From NCBI GenBank assembly GCA_049997795.1, contig JBEKVT010000001.1:312241-376240 (forward strand): a DNA stretch of 64,000 nt. Reading direction: 5' to 3'. Position numbers and translations under genes: made by a program. The notes under the pieces were generated by a model that made no database searches, was not told the DNA's origin, and was given only the letters and a program-made list of their open reading frames with translations. This document shows, in pieces, positions 56,066 to 64,000 of the stretch. The stretch is from Minisyncoccia bacterium. GTDB taxonomy: Bacteria > Patescibacteriota > Minisyncoccia > Phycocordibacterales > PALSA-1337. Numbering within the stretch: position 1 is the stretch's first letter; each line of letters starts with the position of its first letter.

Positions 56066-56608
56066 ATGAAACAACCATTCTTAGTCGGCGAGCACGTCTA
56101 TCTCCGCGGCATCGAAGCCTCGGATGTCAATGAGGATTACCAGAGCTGGTTCAACGACGCCGAAGTCTGCCAATATAATTCGCATCACCGCTTCCCGAAC
56201 TATCGCCAAGACATGGAGGAATATTACAAGACGGTCATCAAGTCCAAGCATCATCTGATCCTGGCCATCATCGACAAGTCGAATGACAAGCACGTCGGCA
56301 ACATAAGCCTCCAGGAGATCGATCCCATCGACCGCTCGGCCGAATACGCCATCGTGATCGGCGACAAGAGCGTCTGGGGCAAGGGGCTGGGGAAAGAAGC
56401 GAGCAGGCTCATCCTCGCTCACGGCTTCGACGCCCTCGATCTGCACCGCATATACTGCGGCACGTCCTCGGAGAACGTCGGCATGCAGAAGCTCGCCGAC
56501 AACCTCGGCTTCAAGAAGGAAGGAGTCTCTAGGGAAGCCATGTTCAAGAACGGCGCCTTCCGCGACATCATCCATTACGGCATGCTAAAAGATGACTTCA
56601 AGAGATAA
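56066..56608 (+). CDS. GNAT-family N-acetyltransferase (PseH-like by context)
   Basis: 180 aa; GNAT motif A region VWGKGLGKEA. Confidence 0.6.
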   Translation: MKQPFLVGEHVYLRGIEASDVNEDYQSWFNDAEVCQYNSHHRFPNYRQDMEEYYKTVIKSKHHLILAIIDKSNDKHVGNISLQEIDPIDRSAEYAIVIGDKSVWGKGLGKEASRLILAHGFDALDLHRIYCGTSSENVGMQKLADNLGFKKEGVSREAMFKNGAFRDIIHYGMLKDDFKR

Positions 56609-57515
56609 AAAAAAGATACTGACGGTCTGCCACGACACCGGCAGCGCCGAGGTCGTTTCGGCTTACGCGGCGAAGAATCGCGGCCGCTTCAGCTTCGCCT
56701 CATACGCGGCCGGCCCGGCCGTGCCCGTCTTCGAGAGAAGGAAGCTCCGGTTCGCCGCCATAAGAGACATAAAGCATGCTCGAAACGAGGCGCGAGGAAT
56801 CCTTGAAAAGCACGCCGATGCCGTATTGCTCCTCTCCGGCACGAGCGGCGGCGGTTCCCCGCTCGAGACAGCTTTCATAAGAGAAGCCAAGCGGCGAGGC
56901 ATGCGGACGGCGAGCTTTCTAGAGCACTGGGTGAGCTACAGAGAGCGCTTTAGCTACCCGGCCGCCGGCTGGAGGAAGAATCTTCCCGACGAGATCTGGG
57001 TCGGCGACCGAGCCGCGGAGAGGATCGCCTGCCGGCTCTTTCCGATGAAGATCGTCAAGGTCAAGTTCGTGCCGAATCCTTATTTTGCCGAGATCAAGGA
57101 GCGCTTCAGGGCCTTGCACAAAAGGAAAGGCAGTCCGCGCGACATCCTTTATCTTTCTGATCCGGTAGGCTATGAGCGCGCCGTGCTGGAGGATCTGCTC
57201 CGCCTGCTCGTAAAGACCAAGTCCAGACGCGAGTTGATCATAAGGCTCCATCCGGTCGAACCGCGAGACAAATACATCGGCCTTGTGAAGAGATTCGGCG
57301 ACAAGCTCCGTATCAGGGAATCGAAAGGCGGAGATCTCCTTCAGGACATCGCCAAAAGCTCGCTCGTCGTGGGCGGCCGCTCGAATGCCCTCGTCCTGGC
57401 ATTCCTCTGCGGGAAAAAGGTGATCGGCGTCATCCCGTCGGGAGCCAAAGACAAGCCGTTGCCGTTCGAAGGCATCAAGAACGTGAAGAGGCTCTCCGCA
57501 AAGGATCTATCTTGA
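56592..57515 (+). CDS. hypothetical protein, possibly PseG-like UDP-sugar hydrolase (GT-B-like)
   Basis: 307 aa, positioned between the pseH-like and pseB genes. No motif recognised; the assignment rests on gene order only. Confidence 0.25.
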   Translation: MTSRDKKKILTVCHDTGSAEVVSAYAAKNRGRFSFASYAAGPAVPVFERRKLRFAAIRDIKHARNEARGILEKHADAVLLLSGTSGGGSPLETAFIREAKRRGMRTASFLEHWVSYRERFSYPAAGWRKNLPDEIWVGDRAAERIACRLFPMKIVKVKFVPNPYFAEIKERFRALHKRKGSPRDILYLSDPVGYERAVLEDLLRLLVKTKSRRELIIRLHPVEPRDKYIGLVKRFGDKLRIRESKGGDLLQDIAKSSLVVGGRSNALVLAFLCGKKVIGVIPSGAKDKPLPFEGIKNVKRLSAKDLS

Positions 57516-57549
57516 CGGATGTGATATTTTAATGTTAATTTATTAAACT

Positions 57550-58563
57550 ATGAAAACAGATTTCCTCAAAGGCAAGACAGTCCTCATAACCGGCGGCACG
57601 GGCTCGTTCGGCTCGAGCTTCAGCCGCTTCCTCCTAGAGAATTCCAAGATAAAGAAGCTCATCATCTTCTCCCGGGACGAATTCAAGCAGTTCCATCTCC
57701 AGAAGGAATTCGCCGAAGACGGCCGGGCCCGCTTCTTCCTGGGCGACGTGCGCGATCTACAAAGGCTCGAGAGGGCCTTCCACGGCGTCGACATCGTCGT
57801 CCACGCCGCGGCCCTGAAACAGGTCCCCATGCTCGAATACAACCCGTTCGAAGCGGTCAAGACCAACATCCTCGGCACCCAGAACGTCATCGACGCGGCC
57901 ATCGACTGTGGCGTGGACAAGGTCCTCCTCATCTCGACCGACAAGGCCGCTCAGCCGGTCAACCTGTACGGCTCGACCAAGCTCTGCGCCGAGAAGCTCG
58001 TCACCAACGGGAACTTCTTCGGGCGCGGCGCCACGAAGCTGAGCTGCGTCCGCTACGGCAATGTAATGGGGAGCCGCGGCAGCGTCGTCGAGATGCTCCT
58101 CAAGGAACCAAACCGGAAGATCGTAGAGATCACCGACATCGAGATGACCCGTTTCTGGATCACCCTGGAGCAGAGCTTCGAGCTCGTCCTCTTCGCCCTT
58201 TCGAACATGGAAGGCGGCGAGATCTTCGTGCCGCGCATCCCGAGCATGAAGCTTGTCGACCTGTTCTCGGCCTTGGCGCCCAAGGCCAAGAGGGAAGTCA
58301 TCGGCGTCCGGGCCGGCGAGAAAGTCCACGAGGTCCTCCTCACCCGCGAAGAGTCGCGCCATTCCATCGAATTGCCGGACTATTACGTCATCCTGCCGCA
58401 TTATGACGAAGAGATCTTCTCGATGAAAGACCGCTACAAGAAGCTCCTCGCCATGGGCGAGAAGCTCGAGGCCGGTTTCCATTACGCAAGCGATACCAAC
58501 TCCATGTGGCTTACCAAGAAAGATTTCGCGGCTCTGCTCAAGAAGAGCAAGGCTCTCAACTAA
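57550..58563 (+). CDS. pseB: UDP-N-acetylglucosamine 4,6-dehydratase (inverting), PseB/FlaA1 family
   Basis: GKTVLITGGTGSFG, DKAAQPVNLYGSTKLCAEKL (Polysacc_synt_2 / PseB signatures), ~330 aa. Confidence 0.8.
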   Translation: MKTDFLKGKTVLITGGTGSFGSSFSRFLLENSKIKKLIIFSRDEFKQFHLQKEFAEDGRARFFLGDVRDLQRLERAFHGVDIVVHAAALKQVPMLEYNPFEAVKTNILGTQNVIDAAIDCGVDKVLLISTDKAAQPVNLYGSTKLCAEKLVTNGNFFGRGATKLSCVRYGNVMGSRGSVVEMLLKEPNRKIVEITDIEMTRFWITLEQSFELVLFALSNMEGGEIFVPRIPSMKLVDLFSALAPKAKREVIGVRAGEKVHEVLLTREESRHSIELPDYYVILPHYDEEIFSMKDRYKKLLAMGEKLEAGFHYASDTNSMWLTKKDFAALLKKSKALN

Positions 58564-58564
58564 C

Positions 58565-59644
58565 ATGCCAAATAGTAGACAAGAGCGCTTCCCGAAGAGG
58601 ATCAAGATCGGCAACCGCTGGATCGGCGAAGGCGAGCCGGCTCTCATCATGGCCGACCTGGGCGCGAACTTCGATGGCAGCCTGGAAAAGGCCAAAAAGC
58701 TCGCCCTGGCGGTCAAGGAAGCCGGCGGCGACGTGGTCAAGATCCAGAGCTTCCTGGCGGACAAGATAGTCTCAGGCAAGGCCTTCGCCTCGATGAAATT
58801 GAAGGGCATCCACGGCTCCTGGGGCCGGCCGATCGAAGAGATCTTCAAGGAAGCCGAGTTCCCGAGGAAGTGGCACAAGGAATTCTTCGATTATTGCAGG
58901 AAGATCGGCATCGCCGTGTCGTCTTCGCCTTATGATTTCGAAGCCGTTGACCTCATGGAAGAGGCCGGCGTCGATTTCTACAAGATCGGCTCAGGCGACA
59001 TCACTTGGCACGAGATGCTCGAATACATCGCCAAGAAGGGCAAGCCGATGATCCTGGCGACGGGCGCCGCCACGCTCGCCGAGGTCGACGAGGCCGTCAA
59101 GGTCATCGAGTCGACCGGCAACAACGACCTGGTCCTCCTCCAGTGCATCACCAACTATCCTTCGAAGATCGAGAGCGCCAACATCAAGGTCATGGATATG
59201 TACGCCGAGGCCTTCGGCACCATCATCGGATATTCCGACCATACGCCGGGCGATACGGTCGTCCTGGGCGCCATAGCGAGAGGCGCCAAGGTCATCGAGA
59301 AGCATTTCACCCTGAACAAGAAGGACAAGGGTCCGGACCATCCTCACTCGATGGAGCCCAAGGAGTTCGCTCTCATGATGAAGCGCATCCGCGACATGGA
59401 GATAGCCCTCGGCACCGGCCGCAAAGAGGTGGTGGCCGAAGAGTTCGAGACGGTCATCGTCCAGCGCCGCGGCCTGTGCGCCCGCAAGGATCTTTCCAAG
59501 GATACCGTGCTTAAAATCTCCGATATCGTCGAGCTGCGTCCGGCCCTCGGCATACCGCCCAAGTGGAAGACCGTCGTCGCCGGCAAGAAGCTCAAGAGAT
59601 CCAGGAAGGCCGGCGAGCCGATAAGATGGGAAGATCTAGCGTAA
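58565..59644 (+). CDS. pseI: N-acetylneuraminate synthase-family nonulosonic acid synthase (PseI/NeuB/LegI) with C-terminal SAF domain
   Basis: IGEGEPALIMADLGANFDGSLEKAK, KIGSGD, GYSDHTPG motifs of NeuB family. Which nonulosonic acid it makes cannot be told by eye; the symbol is by context. Confidence 0.75.
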   Translation: MPNSRQERFPKRIKIGNRWIGEGEPALIMADLGANFDGSLEKAKKLALAVKEAGGDVVKIQSFLADKIVSGKAFASMKLKGIHGSWGRPIEEIFKEAEFPRKWHKEFFDYCRKIGIAVSSSPYDFEAVDLMEEAGVDFYKIGSGDITWHEMLEYIAKKGKPMILATGAATLAEVDEAVKVIESTGNNDLVLLQCITNYPSKIESANIKVMDMYAEAFGTIIGYSDHTPGDTVVLGAIARGAKVIEKHFTLNKKDKGPDHPHSMEPKEFALMMKRIRDMEIALGTGRKEVVAEEFETVIVQRRGLCARKDLSKDTVLKISDIVELRPALGIPPKWKTVVAGKKLKRSRKAGEPIRWEDLA

Positions 59645-59655
59645 AAGCCCGTTCC

Positions 59656-60243
59656 ATGACGGATCGCGAAAAATTCTTCGTGCTCCTATCTAACCTCCCG
59701 CTCAAGAAAGGGGAGGCCATCTTCCTCTTGGAAGGCGACGGTTACAATCGGGTGGCGCATGCCGCGAAGCTATACAAGCAAGGCCACGCCCCGAAGATAG
59801 TCATAACCGGCGGGGCCGTGAAGAGGGAATACGGCAGCTACCCCGCCTCGGAGCTCGAGATAGAGCTCCTCAAGCTCGGCATCCCCAAGGCAGACATAAT
59901 GCTCGAAGAGACCGCCGCGCACACGAGAGCGGAAGCGGACCGGGCCATGGAGATCGCGCGGGAGAACGGCTGGAAGATCATACTTGTGGCCACCTCGGCG
60001 CATCACCAATATCGCGCTTTCCTCACCTTCCTCAAGGCTATGCACGCGGCGGACATGGATATAATGATAATCAACGCGCCGGCTCGAGACCTTCCTTGGT
60101 TCAGCCTGAATCCGTGGGGAAAAAGGGCCGATCTCTTGGCCGAGGAGATGGAGCGCATCTTCGCTTACCAGGAAAAGGGCGACGTGGCAGGCTTCTCCGA
60201 AGGCATCAGATACCTGGAGCGGCTCGAAAAGGCGTCAAAATAA
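59656..60243 (+). CDS. DUF218/YdcF-like (SanA/ElyC-type) protein
   Basis: GDGYNRVAHAAKLYKQGHAPKIVITGG and VATSAHHQYRA segments typical of DUF218. Start set to MTDREKFF. Confidence 0.45.
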   Translation: MTDREKFFVLLSNLPLKKGEAIFLLEGDGYNRVAHAAKLYKQGHAPKIVITGGAVKREYGSYPASELEIELLKLGIPKADIMLEETAAHTRAEADRAMEIARENGWKIILVATSAHHQYRAFLTFLKAMHAADMDIMIINAPARDLPWFSLNPWGKRADLLAEEMERIFAYQEKGDVAGFSEGIRYLERLEKASK

Positions 60244-60891
60244 ATGGATATAAAGGAAGCGAAAAAGCTGTTCGGCAAGAACTTCGTCGGCCCGGAAGAG
60301 CTCGGGACTATCTCGAGCCGGCTCGGCATTCCTTCACCAGCAAGCCTCGGTCCGACTCCGAAGGTGTCTTTTTCGTCGACAGTCCTTAAAAAAGCCGCCG
60401 CCGATCACATCCTCATCCTGGGAATCCCGACCGATGCTAAGGGCGGAAGGCTCACCCTCGGTGCGATGCGCGCGTTCCTAGGCGTCGATCCGTCGAAGTC
60501 GGAGCCCTGTTTCTATAACCAGGACTGGTATCTGAAAGAGCCGTTCGCTTCGGAGCGGACGCTCGACTACAAGTGGTATTTGATCAAAAGAAACGTGGCC
60601 GACGAGACGCGCGCCATGGATCCTCTCGATCTCGAGAAAGACCTCGATAAGAGCGCCAGGTTCCCCTCGGCCATCCTGACCGCCTTCACTTTCTTCGCCT
60701 ATCATTTTGTGAACGGCGGCGAGACGCTCTGGAAGAACGATTTCATCTGGTGCGACGACAAGGATTTGAACGGCGATCGCATCTATACGGGTCGCTATGT
60801 CGACCCCAAGGGCATAAACAAGAACGGCTTCAATGTCCACCGGCACCTGTCGCTCAAGGAGAATTATGGAGCCGCTCCGGAGGTGGTATAG
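60244..60891 (+). CDS. hypothetical protein (215 aa)
   Basis: ORF in operon context, no motif recognised. Confidence 0.35.
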   Translation: MDIKEAKKLFGKNFVGPEELGTISSRLGIPSPASLGPTPKVSFSSTVLKKAAADHILILGIPTDAKGGRLTLGAMRAFLGVDPSKSEPCFYNQDWYLKEPFASERTLDYKWYLIKRNVADETRAMDPLDLEKDLDKSARFPSAILTAFTFFAYHFVNGGETLWKNDFIWCDDKDLNGDRIYTGRYVDPKGINKNGFNVHRHLSLKENYGAAPEVV

Positions 60892-60904
60892 TTCGATCAT
60901 CATC

Positions 60905-62224
60905 ATGGATAATAAGAAAACAGGAAAATCACAACAGCTCTGGCGCAAAGCCAAGAAGCTCATCCCGGGCGGCAGCCAGTTATTGAGCAAGCGGGCGGAG
61001 ATGTTCCTGCCGGAGCAGTGGCCGGCCTATTACAAGAAAGCCAAAGGCGCGGAGGTGACCGATCTCGACGGCAAGAAATACATAGACATGTCGCTCATGG
61101 GCGTGGGCGCCTGCGTCCTCGGATATGCCGACCCGGACGTGGACAAGGCCGTGAAGAAAGCCATAGACGCCGGTTCGATGTCGACGCTCAACGTCCCCGA
61201 GGAAGTCGAATTGGCCGAGCTCCTCATCTCCCTACATCCATGGATCGAGATGGTCCGCTACGCCCGGACCGGCGGGGAAGCCATGGCCGTGGCCGTGCGC
61301 ATCGCCCGGGCTTACTCGAAGAAGTCGAAGGTCGCCTTCTCCGGCTATCACGGCTGGCACGACTGGTACCTCTCGACCAACATCGGCGCCAAGGACAATC
61401 TGGCCGGCATCCATCTCGCCGGCCTAGAGCCTAGCGGCGTGCCCAAGGAGCTCAAGGATACTTCGATCCCTTTCCATTACAACGACATCGAGAGATTGCG
61501 CGCCATCGTCAAGGAGCACGACATCGGCGCGATCGTCCTCGAGCCGATGCGCCACCAGGAGCCTAAGGACGGTTTCTTGCAGGAAGTCAGGAAGATCGCC
61601 GACCGGATCGGGGCGGTCTTGGTCTTCGACGAGATCTCTTCCGGTTTCAGGATGCAGGTTGGCGGCATCCACGCGAAGTTCGGAGTGACGCCCGACATCG
61701 CCGTCTTCGGCAAGGCCATGAGCAACGGCTATCCCATGGCGGTCATCACCGGCAAGAAGCGCTTCATGGAAGCGGCCCAAGGAACGTTCATAAGCAGCAC
61801 ATACTGGACGGAGAAGATCGGACCGGCGGCCGCTCTCGCCACCATAAAGAAGATGCAAGAGAAAGATGTCCCGGCGCATATCGACAAGATCGGCAAGATG
61901 ATATGGAAGGGCTGGGAACAAGCGGCCAAGAAGCACGGGCTCGGCATCGTCGTCGAAGGGCCGACCGCCTTGGTCAATTTCGCTTTCAAATACAAGAATG
62001 TCCTGGAATTGAAGACCCTCTTCACCCAGGAGATGCTCCGGCTCGGCTTCCTGGCGGTCCCGATCGTCTACGTGAGCTACGCCCACACCGAAGAGCACGT
62101 CAAGAAGTATCTCGCGGCCGTAGACGAAGTCTTCGGGATCCTGGTTAAGGCTATAAAAGACGGGAACGTCCGCGGGAAGATCGACGGCCCGGTCTGCCAC
62201 GGCGGCTTCGAGCGCCTGACATGA
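60905..62224 (+). CDS. class III (glutamate-1-semialdehyde 2,1-aminomutase-like) PLP aminotransferase
   Basis: GGSQLLSKRAEMF..., YARTGGEAMAVAVRIARAY, FDEISSGFR, FGKAMSNGYPMAVI (PLP-lysine) HemL-like signatures. Start at MDNKKTG. Confidence 0.7.
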   Translation: MDNKKTGKSQQLWRKAKKLIPGGSQLLSKRAEMFLPEQWPAYYKKAKGAEVTDLDGKKYIDMSLMGVGACVLGYADPDVDKAVKKAIDAGSMSTLNVPEEVELAELLISLHPWIEMVRYARTGGEAMAVAVRIARAYSKKSKVAFSGYHGWHDWYLSTNIGAKDNLAGIHLAGLEPSGVPKELKDTSIPFHYNDIERLRAIVKEHDIGAIVLEPMRHQEPKDGFLQEVRKIADRIGAVLVFDEISSGFRMQVGGIHAKFGVTPDIAVFGKAMSNGYPMAVITGKKRFMEAAQGTFISSTYWTEKIGPAAALATIKKMQEKDVPAHIDKIGKMIWKGWEQAAKKHGLGIVVEGPTALVNFAFKYKNVLELKTLFTQEMLRLGFLAVPIVYVSYAHTEEHVKKYLAAVDEVFGILVKAIKDGNVRGKIDGPVCHGGFERLT

Positions 62225-62958
62225 AGACCGTCGCCGTCATCCAGGCCCGCATGGGCTCGACGCGCCTCCCCGGGAAGGCGATGATGGAGATCCTCGGCAA
62301 GCCGGTCGTCCATTACGTATTCGAACGCGCCAAACAAGCGAAAGCCCTCGACGGAGTCTGGCTGGCGACGACCGTCGATCCGTCCGACGATGTGCTGGCG
62401 GCCTGGGCGGATAAGCAAAAGATCCCTTGTTATCGCGGCTCAGTCGAAGACGTGCTCGACCGTTATTATCAGGCGGCAAAAAAAGCCGGAGCCGATATCG
62501 TGGTCCGGCTGACGGGTGATTGTCCCTTGCTCGACCCCGGAGTGATAGACAGGGCAGTCAGCGAATACAAGAAGAGAGGCTGCGATTATCTCTCCACCGG
62601 CAGGCTGACCTCGACATTTCCGGACGGCCTCGATACGGAAGTCTTTTCTTTCGGCATCCTTGAAAGGGCCTGGAAAGAAGCCAAGATTAAGTCAGAACGC
62701 GAGCACGTCACCCCGTACGTCTGGAAGCACCCGGAGCTCTTCGAGGTCGCCGCCATCGACAACGACACCGACCTATCCAAGGAGCGTTGGACCATAGATA
62801 CCGCCCAGGACTTCGGATTGATAAAGAAGATCATCGAGTGGAGCGACGAGCACGGATCGGCGACCGACATGGCTTCGGTCATGAAGACTCTGGCCTCTCA
62901 TCCCGAATGGCGGGAGATGAACAGCGGGATCAAGAGGAACGAGGGCTATATTGAGTAA
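62221..62958 (+). CDS. cytidylyltransferase, SpsF/PseF-like (second paralog)
   Basis: VAVIQARMGSTRLPGKA, LTGDCPLLD; paralogous to 52892-53656. Confidence 0.65.
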   Translation: MKTVAVIQARMGSTRLPGKAMMEILGKPVVHYVFERAKQAKALDGVWLATTVDPSDDVLAAWADKQKIPCYRGSVEDVLDRYYQAAKKAGADIVVRLTGDCPLLDPGVIDRAVSEYKKRGCDYLSTGRLTSTFPDGLDTEVFSFGILERAWKEAKIKSEREHVTPYVWKHPELFEVAAIDNDTDLSKERWTIDTAQDFGLIKKIIEWSDEHGSATDMASVMKTLASHPEWREMNSGIKRNEGYIE

Positions 62959-62982
62959 TCGGCGCATATAAGATACTATGAT

Positions 62983-63008
62983 GGGCGCTTCCGATTAACA
63001 GAGCGCCC
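62983..63008 (+). terminator. 7-bp GC hairpin (GGGCGCT...AGCGCCC) without a clear T-tract
   Basis: Hairpin directly after the cytidylyltransferase stop; weak as an intrinsic terminator. Confidence 0.25.
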
Positions 63009-63026
63009 TCTGAACATCATACATAC

Positions 63027-64000
63027 ATGTCAAAAATAGCCCGCTACGTCTCTTTGGCCTCGCTCTTCCTCATCCCGATCTTCCCGCTCATCGTCATCGA
63101 CCAGCTGTTCTTCCCGTTCATCACCGGCAAGGCCTTCTATTTCCGCCTGCTCGTCGAGGCCGCCTTCGCCGGCTGGCTCGTCCTCTGTTTCCTTGACGCT
63201 AAGTACCGCCCGAAATGGAATGCCCTCACGATCGGCGTCTCGGTCTTCGCCTTGGTCACTCTGGCCGCCGACCTCCTCGGCGTCAATCCCTTGCGTAGCC
63301 TCTGGTCGAACTTCGAGCGCATGGAGGGCTGGATCACCGTCATCCACCTGTGGGCCTTCTTCATGGTGGCCTTGAATGTCTTCGGTCCCGGCGAGGAGGG
63401 GAAGATCCTGTGGCGCCGCTGGTTGAACTTCGAGCTCTTGGTCGCCATTCTGGTCGGTTTCTATGGTCTTTTCCAGCTGTTCGGCTGGGCCGCCATCCAC
63501 CAAGGCTCCGTCCGCATCGACGCCTCTCTAGGGAACGCCGCATACATGGCCGTTTACATGCTCTTGAACGCCGGCATCGCAGCCTACCTATTCTTCTCCG
63601 CGCGCGCGCGAAAAGCCGCCCGGGCCGGATTCCTGAATTGGTATTATCCCATACTGGCCGTCTTCTTCTCGTTCCTCTTGATCGAGACCGCCACTCGTGG
63701 CACCATCCTCGGATTGGTCGGCGGCATCATGCTCGCTCTCCTCGTCTACGCCGTCTTCGGCAAGGGCCAGTCGATCGGATCGCGCCGCATCTCCGGCGGT
63801 GCGGTCAGCCTCCTCGTCATCCTGGGCGTCGCCTTCGTTCTCTTGCGGCACCAGCCTTTCATACAGAAAAACCCCATCCTCGGCCGCATGGCCAGCATCT
63901 CCCTGTCATCGGACGAGACTACCGCCAGGCTCTACGTCTGGTCCATGGCTTTGACCGGTTTCGTCGAACGCCCGGTCCTCGGCTGGGGGCAGGAGAACTT
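63027..64000 (+). CDS. polytopic membrane protein, possible O-antigen ligase/polymerase-like (partial, runs off window end)
   Basis: Hand translation MSKIARYVSLASLFLIPIFPLIVIDQLFFPFITGKAFYF... shows >8 hydrophobic helices and is open to 64000. Absent from the track for lack of a stop codon. Confidence 0.35.
   Translation, partial: MSKIARYVSLASLFLIPIFPLIVIDQLFFPFITGKAFYFRLLVEAAFAGWLVLCFLDAKYRPKWNALTIGVSVFALVTLAADLLGVNPLRSLWSNFERMEGWITVIHLWAFFMVALNVFGPGEEGKILWRRWLNFELLVAILVGFYGLFQLFGWAAIHQGSVRIDASLGNAAYMAVYMLLNAGIAAYLFFSARARKAARAGFLNWYYPILAVFFSFLLIETATRGTILGLVGGIMLALLVYAVFGKGQSIGSRRISGGAVSLLVILGVAFVLLRHQPFIQKNPILGRMASISLSSDETTARLYVWSMALTGFVERPVLGWGQEN

Noticed and set aside
1-64000. Transposase, integrase, rRNA or prophage genes
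   Set aside because: I looked for DDE/HUH/tyrosine-recombinase motifs, capsid/terminase-like ORFs and rRNA-like segments and found none. The only mobile-element hints are radC, the excisionase-family HTH protein and the palindromic repeats.

Overview
This is a high-GC (roughly 60% by eye), gene-dense bacterial window. All calls come from reading the translations and the DNA; no database search was run. It has three parts.

(1) Positions 1-10.2 kb hold an anaerobic energy/carbon module. It comprises a partial ADP-forming acetyl-CoA synthetase, korAB 2-oxoacid:ferredoxin oxidoreductase, a two-gene group-3-like NiFe hydrogenase with a Cys-motif small protein and a HycI-like maturation protease, PEP synthase and a MOFRL glycerate kinase.

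(2) Positions 10.2-25 kb run from tRNA-Ile(GAT) through a mixed housekeeping/accessory stretch. The genes are a membrane protein with a pilin-like C-terminal domain, radC, two orphan hypotheticals, murD, a PLP enzyme, an Mpl/MurC-like ligase, an ATE_C-like protein, mraY, an ATP-grasp/Cys-peptidase-like pair, rsmI, a DUF4015-like hydrolase and a TraD/VirD4-like ATPase with a Pro-rich tail. Two copies of a ~115-nt palindromic structured element with a conserved, covarying core lie 4 kb apart here. A 43-codon sORF with its own consensus promoter and terminator also sits in this stretch.

(3) Positions 26.9-64 kb are one ~36-kb cell-surface glycan locus. It contains five GT4, one GT2 and a GT-C-like membrane protein, seven SAM methyltransferases, a NodB deacetylase, GtrA and WecB. 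It also carries TagD/TagF-like glycerol-phosphate enzymes, a KpsS/C-like transferase, an MsbA-like ABC exporter and an apparently complete pseudaminic-acid-type nonulosonic acid pathway (pseB/C/H/I, two cytidylyltransferase paralogs and extra tailoring enzymes). A compositionally foreign AT-rich patch sits at 39.1-39.9 kb.

No rRNA, CRISPR array, transposase or integrase was seen. Several promoters share a TGCTATAAT extended -10 box with very short or absent leaders. The gene content and small compact genes are compatible with an uncultivated, possibly CPR/Patescibacteria-like bacterium, but I cannot establish taxonomy from sequence alone.
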